Assembly: GCA_003152875.1 (NCBI GenBank)
Contig: PMBF01000076.1
Span: forward strand, 118,598 to 178,603
Reading direction: 5' to 3'
Length of the DNA: 60,006 nucleotides
Source of the DNA: Ignavibacteriota bacterium
GTDB lineage: Bacteria > Bacteroidota > Ignavibacteria > UBA10030 > UBA6906
In this document: positions 27,441-36,027 of the stretch, one piece after another
Layout of the letters: each line of letters opens with the position of its first letter
How positions within the stretch are numbered: position 1 is the stretch's first letter
Position numbers and translations under genes: made by a program
Notes under the pieces: generated by a model
What the model saw: the letters and a program-made list of their open reading frames with translations, nothing else
Databases searched by the model: none
What the model was told of the DNA's origin: nothing

Positions 27441-28904
27441 TTACAGGGCGCTCTCCGGGTCGAAGCTCTCCAGGATCTGGACGATCTCGGCGAGGAACTT
27501 CCCTCCCATGGCGCCGTCAATGATCCTGTGGTCGAACGACAGCGTGAAATACGCGAGCGACCTGATGGCAATGGCTTCGTCAATAACCGCAACACGGCGT
27601 GCGATGGCCCCTGTGCCCAGGATCGCCACCTGAGGCTGGTTGATGATGGGGGTCCCCATCATGGTGCCGAAGACGCCGTAGTTGGAGATCGTAAACGTCC
27701 CCCCCTGGATGTCGTCGGGTGTCAGCTTCTTGGCACGCGTCCGGACGGCAAGATCGTTGACGGCCCGGGCGTACCCCAGGAAGTTTTTTTCGTCCGCCCG
27801 CTTGATGACGGGCACAATCAGCCCGTTGTCGGCGGCAACGGCAATGCCCAGGTTGATGAAGCGCTTCCTGATGATACGGTCCCCCTCAACCGAACTGTTG
27901 AGCAGCGGGAATTTCTTGATGGCCCTGACCACGGCGTCGACGACGTACGGGGTGTAGGTGAGCCGAAACCCCTCCCGCTTCTCGAAGGCTTCCGCATGCC
28001 GCGACCTGTGCGTGACCACCGAGGTCATGTCCACCTCGTGGATTGCGGCCACGTGCGGCGAGGTCTGAACGCTCTGCACCATGTGCCGGGCCATGCGCTG
28101 GAGCACGTTGCTCATCTGGAGGACCTCGTGGCCGGGCGGCGGATATTTCGCGAGCAACGCCGCGTCATCCACAGGCCGGAGGCCCATGGGCACAGACGGC
28201 TCCGGGCCGGCAGGAGCGGTTCTCCCTTCCAGCCGAGGCAGTGCGCTGGACGCCCTCCGGGCGTCAACCCAGGCCGAGATGTCCTTCTTGGTTACCCTCC
28301 CCCCCTCGCCGCTGCCGTTGATCTGTTCGAGCTGCTCTATCGAAACTCCCTCGTTCCTCGCAATGCTCAGGACGAGCGGGGAATAAAACCGGTCGGGCTT
28401 GTGTTCCCTCTTTTCCGCTCCGGGAGCACCGGCAGCCGGCGCGGGGCCGGACCCGGCGGCGTGGGCCTGACCAGGCTGTCGTCCCGCTTTCGCGGGTTCT
28501 CCCTTCACATCCTCCACCTCCCTCGCCGGTCCAGCCGGTGCCCGTGCTCCTCCCGGGCTCTGCGCAGAATCCGGTGCATGCTCCTGCACCGCTCCACCCG
28601 AAGGCGCAGCGCCAGGTTCAGCAGCAACCGCCCGCTGCGGAACATCCTCAGCTACTCCGGCGGCATCGGTTTCCAGGTGAGCGATGACAGTCTGGACAGC
28701 CACGGTCTCGTTTTCCTGCACGGCAATGTCGGCAAGGATGCCCGAAGCAGGCGATGGAATCTCGGAGTCCACCTTGTCGGTGCTGATTTCAAGCAAGGTT
28801 TCGTCCTTCTGAACAACATCTCCGACTTTCTTGTGCCACTTGACCACTGTTCCCTCGGTGATGCTTTCGCCCATCTGAGGCATCACAACGTCAACTCTGG
28901 CCAT
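27441..28904 (-). CDS. dihydrolipoamide acyltransferase (E2) of a 2-oxoacid dehydrogenase complex
   Basis: One lipoyl domain (EISTDKV), a long Ala/Pro/Gly linker, a subunit-binding domain and a catalytic domain ending in SFDHRIIDGA. Confidence 0.9.
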   Translation of the reverse strand: MARVDVVMPQMGESITEGTVVKWHKKVGDVVQKDETLLEISTDKVDSEIPSPASGILADIAVQENETVAVQTVIAHLETDAAGVAEDVPQRAVAAEPGAAPSGGAVQEHAPDSAQSPGGARAPAGPAREVEDVKGEPAKAGRQPGQAHAAGSGPAPAAGAPGAEKREHKPDRFYSPLVLSIARNEGVSIEQLEQINGSGEGGRVTKKDISAWVDARRASSALPRLEGRTAPAGPEPSVPMGLRPVDDAALLAKYPPPGHEVLQMSNVLQRMARHMVQSVQTSPHVAAIHEVDMTSVVTHRSRHAEAFEKREGFRLTYTPYVVDAVVRAIKKFPLLNSSVEGDRIIRKRFINLGIAVAADNGLIVPVIKRADEKNFLGYARAVNDLAVRTRAKKLTPDDIQGGTFTISNYGVFGTMMGTPIINQPQVAILGTGAIARRVAVIDEAIAIRSLAYFTLSFDHRIIDGAMGGKFLAEIVQILESFDPESAL

Positions 28905-28934
28905 AGAGGACCCTTCCTGTCAAAGTGAACTTCC

Positions 28935-29912
28935 TCATGCCCTGCTCAGCCCGCGGATGGCTTCGACCACCCTGGAAAGGTTGGGCAGAAATGCCTCTTC
29001 GAGCGTCGGAGCGAAGGGGACCGGCGTGTCAAGCGATCCTATCCTCCGGATTGGGGCATCAAGGTATTGAAAAGCATGCTCCGTAATCAGCGCCGCGATC
29101 TCACCCCCGATGCCGCCTGTGAGTGTTGCCTCGTGGAGGATCAGCACCTTCCCGGTTTCCCGAACGCTGGAGAGGATCAGCTGGGTATCCAGGGGCGCCA
29201 ATGTCCTCAGATCCACCACCCGGACTTCTACCCCGTCTTCGCGGGAGAGGACCGCCGCCGCTTCGAGCGCCGTGTGAACGGTCGGGCCGTAGGTGAATAC
29301 CACCAGATCGTCGCCGGTTCTTCTGACCTCCCCCTTCCCGAGCGGGACAACAAAGTCGGCGTCAGGCACCTCCTCTTTGATCCGGCGGTAGAGGTATTTG
29401 TATTCCAGGTAGAGCACGGGATTGTCATCGCGGATCGCTGACTTCATGAGGCCCTTGGCATCGTAGGGAGTAGCAGGGGCTACGATTTTCAAGCCCGGGA
29501 CATTGAGGAACCACCCCTCAGGATTCGCCGAATGGTACGGCCCTCCGTGGATGTTGCCCCCGGCCGGAAGCCGTACAACCATCGGGACCGGTAGATGCCA
29601 TCGGTAATGAATCTTGGCCGAGTTGGTGACAAGTTGGTTGAAGGCACAACTGACAAAGTCGGCGAATTGCATCTCCACCACGGGCCGCATCCCGACAATC
29701 GCGGCCCCCGTGGCTGCGCCCACGATGGCGGCTTCCGACAACGGAGTATCGATGACTCGCTCTTCTCCAAAATGCTGAAGGAAGCCCCGCGTCACCTTGA
29801 ACGCGCCGCCATACTCGCCGATATCCTCCCCCAGAAGGAAGACGGCGGGATCGCGCTCCATCTCTTCCCACAACGCCCGGGAGATCGCCTCCAGATACGT
29901 CAGGACCGCCAT
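28935..29912 (-). CDS. 2-oxoacid dehydrogenase E1 component, beta subunit
   Basis: MAVLTYLEAISRALWEEMERDP..GEDIGEYGGAFKVTRG is the standard E1-beta N-terminus. The longer ORF start at 30053 adds 47 residues that do not look like E1-beta. Confidence 0.88.
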   Translation of the reverse strand: MAVLTYLEAISRALWEEMERDPAVFLLGEDIGEYGGAFKVTRGFLQHFGEERVIDTPLSEAAIVGAATGAAIVGMRPVVEMQFADFVSCAFNQLVTNSAKIHYRWHLPVPMVVRLPAGGNIHGGPYHSANPEGWFLNVPGLKIVAPATPYDAKGLMKSAIRDDNPVLYLEYKYLYRRIKEEVPDADFVVPLGKGEVRRTGDDLVVFTYGPTVHTALEAAAVLSREDGVEVRVVDLRTLAPLDTQLILSSVRETGKVLILHEATLTGGIGGEIAALITEHAFQYLDAPIRRIGSLDTPVPFAPTLEEAFLPNLSRVVEAIRGLSRA

Positions 29913-30086
29913 GGCTTCCTTCTCATATTCTGCTATGCGGCAACAATCCGGAATCGCCGGAATCCGCCGCGCATTGCCATATCCATGCAGGTCGAATCCC
30001 TCCCCCGGCTGCTCCATCCGCCACCCCGTTGAAAACGCTGCCCGGTCCTTCATCTTCTGCGAGATCAGCCGCTTCGAGCCGCCCGT

Positions 30087-31037
30087 TCATGCGTAGACCC
30101 CCAGGCCGGCGTCGCCGGGAGGAGGATAGGGATTCGCTTCGGCTTCGCCGACGGCAAGACGTATCGCCGACGCGATTTCCGCCTCCATTCCCGCCTTGCG
30201 CTCCGCCGTCAGGACACACTCGGCAAGGAGCATCCGCTCCAGCCGGTCGATCGGATCCTTTTTCCTCCACTCCTCCAGCAGGGCAGGGGGCACGTAGGCT
30301 GCGTCATCGGAAGCCGAATGTCCCTGCATCCGCATGGTCACCGATTCGATGAGCGAAGGCCCTCCGCCTCTGCGCGCCGATTCAACAGCCAGCCGGCACG
30401 CGTCCGCGACCGCCAGCACGTCCGTCCCGTCGATGGTCACGCCCGGAATACCGTATCCGGCGGCCCGGTCGGACAATCGTTTTGCCGCAAATTGCCTGCT
30501 GGCGGGGGTGGAGTAGGCGTACTGGTTGTTCTCAATGATCAGGACGAAAGGGAGCTTCAAGACTGCCGCCATGTTGAGTCCCTCGTGGAAATCTCCCACG
30601 TTTGATCCGCCGTCGCCGATAAAGCTTATCGCCACGGCGTCCTCCCTCCTGATTTTCGCCGCCAGAGCTGCTCCCACGGCAACCGGAATCATTGCCGCAA
30701 GATGGCTGACGTTCCCGTAGATGCGCAGCGCGGGGTCCGCATAGTGCCCCGTTCCGTCGCGTCCCCCAGTGAGGCTGTCGCGCCTTCCCAGCTGCTGCAG
30801 GAAGATATTCCTCAGTGTCTGCCCCTTGACCAGATGAGCTCCCAGATCGCGGTGCAGGGGGAACAGATAATCGCGCGGCTCCAGGACGCTGGCGCTCCCG
30901 ACAGCTGTCGCCTCGTTGCCGGTCCCGGTGTAGGCGCCGCCGAGGATCTTTCCCTGCCTGTACAGGCGAAGGATGGCAGTGTCACATTCCCGCGCCAGCT
31001 TCATGTAATAATACAGCTTCAGAGGTTCTGTTGTCAT
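30087..31037 (-). CDS. 2-oxoacid dehydrogenase E1 component, alpha subunit (TPP-binding)
   Basis: 316 aa with the TPP motif GDGGSNVGDFHEGLNMAAVLKLPFVLIIENN. Confidence 0.88.
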   Translation of the reverse strand: MTTEPLKLYYYMKLARECDTAILRLYRQGKILGGAYTGTGNEATAVGSASVLEPRDYLFPLHRDLGAHLVKGQTLRNIFLQQLGRRDSLTGGRDGTGHYADPALRIYGNVSHLAAMIPVAVGAALAAKIRREDAVAISFIGDGGSNVGDFHEGLNMAAVLKLPFVLIIENNQYAYSTPASRQFAAKRLSDRAAGYGIPGVTIDGTDVLAVADACRLAVESARRGGGPSLIESVTMRMQGHSASDDAAYVPPALLEEWRKKDPIDRLERMLLAECVLTAERKAGMEAEIASAIRLAVGEAEANPYPPPGDAGLGVYA

Positions 31038-31042
31038 GACTC

Positions 31043-33121
31043 TCAGTAGCGTGCAAGCTTTTCGAGAGCTGCCACAAGGTCGGACTCCTGGGGCAGCATC
31101 GCATTTTCAAGAAGCGGGCCGTACGGGACCGGTGTGTCTTTCGCGGCCAGCCGCATGACCGGCGCATCAAGCCATTCGAAAGCCTCGGCGGCAACAATCG
31201 CCGCTATCTCGGCACCGAAGCCCCCCGTCAGTGTGTCCTCATGGGCGATCAGCACCTTGCCGGTCTTCCTGACCGAGGAAATCACGCTCTCCTTGTCGAG
31301 AGGGTTCAGCGTGCGAAGATCGATGACTTCGATCGACACGCCAGCCGCTTCCTCAACACGCCGGGCCGCGTCGAGCGCGCGCTGAACAAGCATCCCCCAG
31401 CAAATCACCGAAATATCCTCCCCTTTTTTCCTGATACCCGCCAGACCGAAGGGGAGCAAAAAGTCCGGGCCCGGCTCAGGCCTTGAAGCAAACCCCTGCC
31501 TGTAGAGGCCCTTGTGTTCGCAGAAGAGCACGGGATCGGACTCCCGGCACGCCGTTTTCAGGAGGCCCTTGGCGTCCGCGGCGTTCGAGGGAAACACCAC
31601 ACGCAGTCCGGGGATATGCGTGAAAAACCCGTCGATCGACTGGCTGTGATACAACCCTCCATGGATGTACCCGCCCACGGCAACACGGATGACCATCGGA
31701 CAGGACCAATCCCCGGCGGAGCGAAAACGCAATGTCGCCACCTCGTCCCTGATCTGCATGAAGGCCGGCCAGATATAGTCGCCGAACTGGATTTCAACTA
31801 CCGGCTTGCAGTCGCCGCGCACCGCAAGCCCGAACGCGGTGCCCACGATGCTCGCCTCTGCAAGAGGTGAATTGAACACCCTGGCCTCGCCGAACCGGGC
31901 AGTCAGTCCCTTCGTGGCCGTGAACACACCCCCTTTATTCCCCGCGACATCCTCGCCGTAGATCAGCATCTTCGGGTTGCGCTCCATCTCCTCCGCGAGC
32001 GCATGGTTGATGGCGTCCACCATCACGACCGGCGGGCCGGCCGCCGGAGGATCACGCAGCGAATCTGCGGGCACCGCCGGGGTGCGGGCATAGAGATGAT
32101 CGAGCAGGACGGATGCGGGGGTCACCCGCTCCGCTTCCGCCGCGTTTGCCGCCCGTTCGATCTGTTCATGAATCTCCTTTCTGATCGCACCGATCTCGTC
32201 GCGGCTCAGACCCCCCTGGTCCAAGAGGAGATGTTCCATGCGGGGGACCGGGTCGCGCTTCAGGTCCTTCTCGAGATCCCCCGCATCCCGGTACTTCCGC
32301 TGGTCGTCGGAAGACGAATGCGCCAGGAGCCGCACCACATCTGCCTCGATCAGACTCGGACCTTCGCCGCGCCGGGCGAGGCCGACGGCTTCTGTTGCGG
32401 TGTCGAACATCGCCCCGAAATCGCAGCCGTCGACATGGAAGCGATGCAGTCCGGCGTATCCCTGGACCAGCCCATGGACGCTTTTCCCTGCAACCTGGTC
32501 TTCCACGGGGACGGAGATGGCGTACTTGTTGTTCTGGATCAGAAAAATTACGGGGAAGCGTTCCCTCGCCGCCCAGTTGATTGCTTCGTGGAACTCCCCT
32601 TCGCTCGTCGCTCCTTCGCCGGAGGAGACGTACACGACTTCATCCTTCCCTTCTTTCACTGCCCCCATGGCGGTCCCCACCGCCTGCAGGAACTGCGTCC
32701 CGGTGGGACTCGACTGGGCGATGATCCTCAACTTCTTGTGCCCGTAATGGAACGGCATGGAGAACCCGTTGCTGCTCGGCCCGCCCACACGATGCAGCGC
32801 TTCCAGCATGATCTCCTCCACCGTATAGCCGAACTGCAGCGAGAACGCGAGGTCACGGTAGTAGGGGTAGGCCCAGTCGGACCCCGGCTTCAAGGCGAGC
32901 GCAACGGCGGTCTGGGCTGCTTCGTGGCCGGAGACGCCGATATGGAAGAACACCTTGCCCTGCTTCAGAAGGGTGAGGATTTTGCCGTCGATGAACCGGG
33001 CTCTCACCATTGTCTTGTACGCGCAGAGGAGCTGCTCCTGCGTGATGGCCGCCTTCGGCGATGAGGCGCCGGTGGCCGATATCGATGGTTTGGCGGTCCT
33101 GGGTCTCACGGTAGTCGTCAT
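31043..33121 (-). CDS. fused E1 alpha-beta 2-oxoacid dehydrogenase component
   Basis: 692 aa. The N-terminal half is E1-alpha-like (SGEGATSEGEFHEAINWAARERFPVIFLIQNN) and the C-terminal half is E1-beta-like (MLIYGEDVAGNKGGVFTATKGL...). Its ATG overlaps the lipB stop (ATGA). Confidence 0.85.
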   Translation of the reverse strand: MTTTVRPRTAKPSISATGASSPKAAITQEQLLCAYKTMVRARFIDGKILTLLKQGKVFFHIGVSGHEAAQTAVALALKPGSDWAYPYYRDLAFSLQFGYTVEEIMLEALHRVGGPSSNGFSMPFHYGHKKLRIIAQSSPTGTQFLQAVGTAMGAVKEGKDEVVYVSSGEGATSEGEFHEAINWAARERFPVIFLIQNNKYAISVPVEDQVAGKSVHGLVQGYAGLHRFHVDGCDFGAMFDTATEAVGLARRGEGPSLIEADVVRLLAHSSSDDQRKYRDAGDLEKDLKRDPVPRMEHLLLDQGGLSRDEIGAIRKEIHEQIERAANAAEAERVTPASVLLDHLYARTPAVPADSLRDPPAAGPPVVMVDAINHALAEEMERNPKMLIYGEDVAGNKGGVFTATKGLTARFGEARVFNSPLAEASIVGTAFGLAVRGDCKPVVEIQFGDYIWPAFMQIRDEVATLRFRSAGDWSCPMVIRVAVGGYIHGGLYHSQSIDGFFTHIPGLRVVFPSNAADAKGLLKTACRESDPVLFCEHKGLYRQGFASRPEPGPDFLLPFGLAGIRKKGEDISVICWGMLVQRALDAARRVEEAAGVSIEVIDLRTLNPLDKESVISSVRKTGKVLIAHEDTLTGGFGAEIAAIVAAEAFEWLDAPVMRLAAKDTPVPYGPLLENAMLPQESDLVAALEKLARY

Positions 33122-33900
33122 GGGTTCCCGGTGCAGGTCAACGTATCACGTGGCTCGAAAAATGCGGCGGCGGCATCTCCCGCCCGGCCGGAAGTTGGGG
33201 CAAGCCCATGCAGGGATTCAAGGAATGCGCCGGCGCCGACCTCCTTGGCAGAGACCCTGAAAACCAGCGCAAACTCCTCAATGCAGGCTCCGGTCACTTC
33301 TTCCAGCGGCACGCGGCAGCCGAGGAGGTTTTCCATGGAGGTCACACTCTGTTCGAATATTCCGCAGGGGATGATGCGTCCGAAGGGCTGAAGGTCGGCG
33401 CAGACGTTCAGGGCGAATCCGTGCATGGTAATCCAACGGCTCGTGTGGATGCCGATTGCGCAGATCTTGTCGCCTCCCGCCCAGACCCCCGTATACGAAG
33501 GGTGCCGTTCGGCGCGGACGGAAAAGCGGCCGAGTACGCGGATGACGGTTTCTTCCAGATCCCGCAAATAGCGGTGAAGGTCGGGCTGAAAGCCGTGAAG
33601 GTCGAGGATGGGATACCCGACGAGCTGACCCGGACCGTGGTAGGTTACGTCGCCTCCCCGCTCGACGGAAACCAGGTCGATGCCCTGATCCAGCCTCTCA
33701 GCATCGCCGGCAAGGACATGATCAGGATTGCCGGAGCGGCCGATGGTGAACACCGGGTCATGTTCCGTGAGGAGCAAGACGTCGGGAATCGAGCCTGCGC
33801 TTCGCAGGGCGAATGCACGGCGCTGGACTTCCAGGCACCAGCGGTACTCAGTGCGTCCGAGGCGGACGGTGTGGAGTGTGCGATTTTCCTGTGAGCCCAT
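33118..33900 (-). CDS. lipB: lipoyl(octanoyl) transferase
   Basis: 260 aa with a LipB-like core (LLTEHDPVFTIGRSG, RGGDVTYHGPGQLVGYPI, KICAIGI). Confidence 0.9.
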   Translation of the reverse strand: MGSQENRTLHTVRLGRTEYRWCLEVQRRAFALRSAGSIPDVLLLTEHDPVFTIGRSGNPDHVLAGDAERLDQGIDLVSVERGGDVTYHGPGQLVGYPILDLHGFQPDLHRYLRDLEETVIRVLGRFSVRAERHPSYTGVWAGGDKICAIGIHTSRWITMHGFALNVCADLQPFGRIIPCGIFEQSVTSMENLLGCRVPLEEVTGACIEEFALVFRVSAKEVGAGAFLESLHGLAPTSGRAGDAAAAFFEPRDTLTCTGNP

Positions 33901-34111
33901 GCTGTAGAAGAACGGTCCTTCCCTCCGATGCTTTCCTTAAACCTGATCCCCCTGCCGGGTGTCGCGGAGGCATGCCCTGCCTCCCTCCCCACAAACAATC
34001 GTGACGCGGCTCCTTCCGCAGCCCCCCACCCCCACTCCCCTCGCCGCCTCATTCCGTCCTGCTCCTGGCCGGTCAAGCGGCCCAGGCCTCACACCCCCCT
34101 GGCAGGCCGGT

Positions 34112-35500
34112 CTAGATATTGATCGCCTCTCCCTTTGAGGCCGCGGCTGCCTCCATGACAGCCTCGCTCATTGTAGGATGGGCATGCACCGAGCGGAGAA
34201 TGCTTTCCGCCGTCGCCTCGTGGCGCTTGGCTATCAGGAGTTCCATGATCAGCTCGGTCGCCTCCGAACCCAGGATGTGCGCCCCAAGAAGCTCACCGTA
34301 TTGTGCGTCAAAGATAAGTTTCACCATTCCCTCGGTCTCTCCGGAGGCAGCGGCCTTTCCGAGAACCCTGAACGGGAACCGCCCGATCCTGATCTCCCGG
34401 CCGAGCGCTTTTGCCTTCTCTTCCGTGATGCCGATACTCGCGACCTGAGGCTGGCAGTAGGTGCACACGGGGATGGAGGTGTAATCCAACGGCTCGGGAT
34501 GCAGGCCGGCGAGCGCTTCCACACAATGGATTCCCTCCGCCGAGGCAACGTGGGCAAGCCAGGGAGGACCGATAACGTCGCCGATGGCATAGACACCCGG
34601 GATGTTTGTACGGAAGTCCGGGTCCACCTTGATCTGGCCCCCGTCCACTGTCACTCCGAGCTCTTCGAGTCCGATGTTCTCGACATTGCCCTGGACCCCG
34701 ACCGCCATGAGTGCGACATCCGCCGTTACTTCTTTCGCGACCCCGTCCGCTCCAGTCAGTGACAGCGTAACTCCAGCAGGTCCCGGCTTGATTTTTTCCA
34801 CCCGGGTCCCGGTGAGAATCTCGATCCCCTGCTTCCGCAGAGTCCGCTCCAGTTCCTTTGATATCTCGCGGTCCTCCACCGGGAGGATCCCCGGCATCAT
34901 CTCCACGACGGTCACCTTCGTCCCGAGCGCGTTGTAGAAATAGGCGAACTCGATCCCAATTGCCCCCGCTCCGATGATAGCCATGGAGCCGGGTTGCTCG
35001 GAGAGCGACATCGCTTCCGAGCTGCTGATGATCTTTTTGCGGTCGATCGAGGTGCCTGGGAGGGTGCGGGGCCGGGCGCCGGTCGCCAGGATGATGTGTT
35101 TTGCCGAAATGGTCTGCTTCCCTTCCGAATTCACTTCAACACGTCCGTCACCCGCCAGCCGCGCGTACCCTGGAAACACGGCAATCTTGTTCTTCTTCAT
35201 GAGGAATTCGACACCCTTCGAAACTCTCTCGGCCACCTTCCTGCTGCGCTGAATGATCTTGGGAAACTCAAAGCGCAGGTTGTCGAAGGAGATGCCCCAT
35301 TCGCCGGCCCGGCGAATGGTCTGGAGGAGCTCGGCGTTTTTCAGAAGGGCCTTCGTGGGAATGCACCCCCAGTTCAGGCAGATGCCGCCGAGACGGTCGC
35401 GCTCAACGATGGCAGCCGAAAGCCCGAGTTGTGCAGCTCTGATTGCGGCGGTATACCCCCCCGGGCCGCTGCCGATGACCAGCACATCATATGCATTCAT
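34112..35500 (-). CDS. lpdA: dihydrolipoyl dehydrogenase (E3)
   Basis: FAD motif VIGSGPGGY, redox-active disulfide GGICLNWGCIPTK and C-terminal HAHPTMSE. Start taken at ATG 35500, which is preceded by GAGGAG. The ORF-track start at 35518 is a TTG inside the terminator T-tract. Confidence 0.93.
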   Translation of the reverse strand: MNAYDVLVIGSGPGGYTAAIRAAQLGLSAAIVERDRLGGICLNWGCIPTKALLKNAELLQTIRRAGEWGISFDNLRFEFPKIIQRSRKVAERVSKGVEFLMKKNKIAVFPGYARLAGDGRVEVNSEGKQTISAKHIILATGARPRTLPGTSIDRKKIISSSEAMSLSEQPGSMAIIGAGAIGIEFAYFYNALGTKVTVVEMMPGILPVEDREISKELERTLRKQGIEILTGTRVEKIKPGPAGVTLSLTGADGVAKEVTADVALMAVGVQGNVENIGLEELGVTVDGGQIKVDPDFRTNIPGVYAIGDVIGPPWLAHVASAEGIHCVEALAGLHPEPLDYTSIPVCTYCQPQVASIGITEEKAKALGREIRIGRFPFRVLGKAAASGETEGMVKLIFDAQYGELLGAHILGSEATELIMELLIAKRHEATAESILRSVHAHPTMSEAVMEAAAASKGEAINI

Positions 35501-35516
35501 GGACAGCTCCTCGTGC

Positions 35517-35548
35517 AAAAAAAAGGGCGATGGTCAATCCCTTCGCCC
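35517..35548 (-). terminator. intrinsic terminator inside the lpdA leader
   Basis: On the minus strand: GGGCGA (35548-35543), 12-nt loop with further internal pairing, TCGCCC (35530-35525), then T8 (35524-35517). The RBS and ATG of lpdA follow immediately. Confidence 0.6.
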
Positions 35549-35664
35549 GGCCGTCAGCTGATCGTCCCTCCACTGTAAAACACCGGCGTTGACCCGGCGG
35601 TTTCCTCACAATGAGAGTCCTGCGGGCACAATTCAGGGGGAACCTCCTGTGTCGGGTCGTGTCG

Positions 35665-35693
35665 AATATAGAAACGCGCCCCCAGAAAGTCAA
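35665..35693 (-). promoter_or_regulatory. candidate sigma70-type promoter driving the lpdA leader
   Basis: On the minus strand: TTGACT (35693-35688), 17-nt spacer, TATATT (35670-35665). These are the same hexamers as the candidate nuo promoter. Confidence 0.5.
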
Positions 35694-35965
35694 AATCACC
35701 GTCATACACCGAGGCCCCCCATCCCGGGCTTCACTTCGCGGGAGTCCACAACCCGATGGCAGCATGGCCCAAGCGCAACACACTTCGCGGGAAAGACCAC
35801 CGGAGGACCACACCCTGAGGATCATGCCCCTCGCGGACCCCTCCGGGCGGACCTCCGGAATTGACCATTCCTGAAAGGCCGCACCTGTGCCATGGCAGAG
35901 ATTTCCCGTTTTCCTGGACTGCCCCGGGGCTCGAACCGCGAGGGTGCCAGCCTGATTCGAGGCGA

Positions 35966-36027
35966 GGCAGCTTCTCGCCCCTATGGTTCCCCGCGCGGTT
36001 TGGCTCCGGGGAGCTGCCACCTTTTTT
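35966..36027 (+). terminator. orphan plus-strand stem-loop plus T6 (no annotated upstream gene)
   Basis: GGCAGCT (35966-35972) pairs with AGCTGCC (36012-36018), and the helix can be extended by about 4 more pairs. It is followed by ACC and T6 (36022-36027) and lies just upstream of the smpB promoter. Confidence 0.4.

Noticed and set aside
29940-29975. The tandem GATTCCGG-C-GATTCCGG repeat in the E1alpha-E1beta spacer.
   Set aside because: There are only two short copies, with no further periodicity and no palindromic partner. It is most likely slippage noise.
4511-30086. Three intra-cluster spacers of identical length, 174 nt each: nuoL-nuoM 4511-4684, rpsI-rpsB 25248-25421 and E1alpha-E1beta 29913-30086.
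   Set aside because: The three sequences share no similarity when compared by eye, and one end point depends on my choice of start codon. I treat the equal lengths as coincidence.
35517-35660. A match of the lpdA leader to the glycine riboswitch (lpdA being the glycine-cleavage L-protein) or the TPP riboswitch.
   Set aside because: The leader contains only loose resemblances (GTGGAGGGAC, CGAAGGG, CCCTGAA). It lacks the conserved cores as I remember them: CUCUGGAGAG / ACCGAAGGGGCAA / CAGGCAAAAGGAC for glycine, and CUGAGA / ACCUGAUCUGGAUAAUGCCAGCG for TPP. An Rfam scan should still be run.
35640-35700. A tmRNA-like 5' end (GGGGGCGCGTTTCTATATTCGAC on the minus strand) next to smpB.
   Set aside because: A ~350-nt tmRNA starting here would run into the lpdA coding region. 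There is no matching 3' acceptor strand with CCA, no T-arm and no alanine-rich tag ORF. The TTGACT, 17-nt spacer, TATATT spacing explains the sequence better as a promoter.
9565-35795. The recurrent 10-mer CTTCGCGGGA: in the nuoD-nuoH hairpin, twice in the lpdA-smpB spacer, and also at about 16764 and about 29236.
   Set aside because: Two of the five copies lie inside ordinary coding sequence, in the MFS gene and the E1-beta gene. The word is GC-rich and self-complementary in a GC-rich genome. This is not enough evidence for a dispersed repeat family from this window alone.
35905-35960. A tRNA/tmRNA-like T-loop sequence (minus strand GGTTCGAGCCCC...GCAGTCCA).
   Set aside because: The flanking bases do not form a T-stem or an acceptor stem in any register I tried, so it is just a TTCGA-containing GC-rich stretch.
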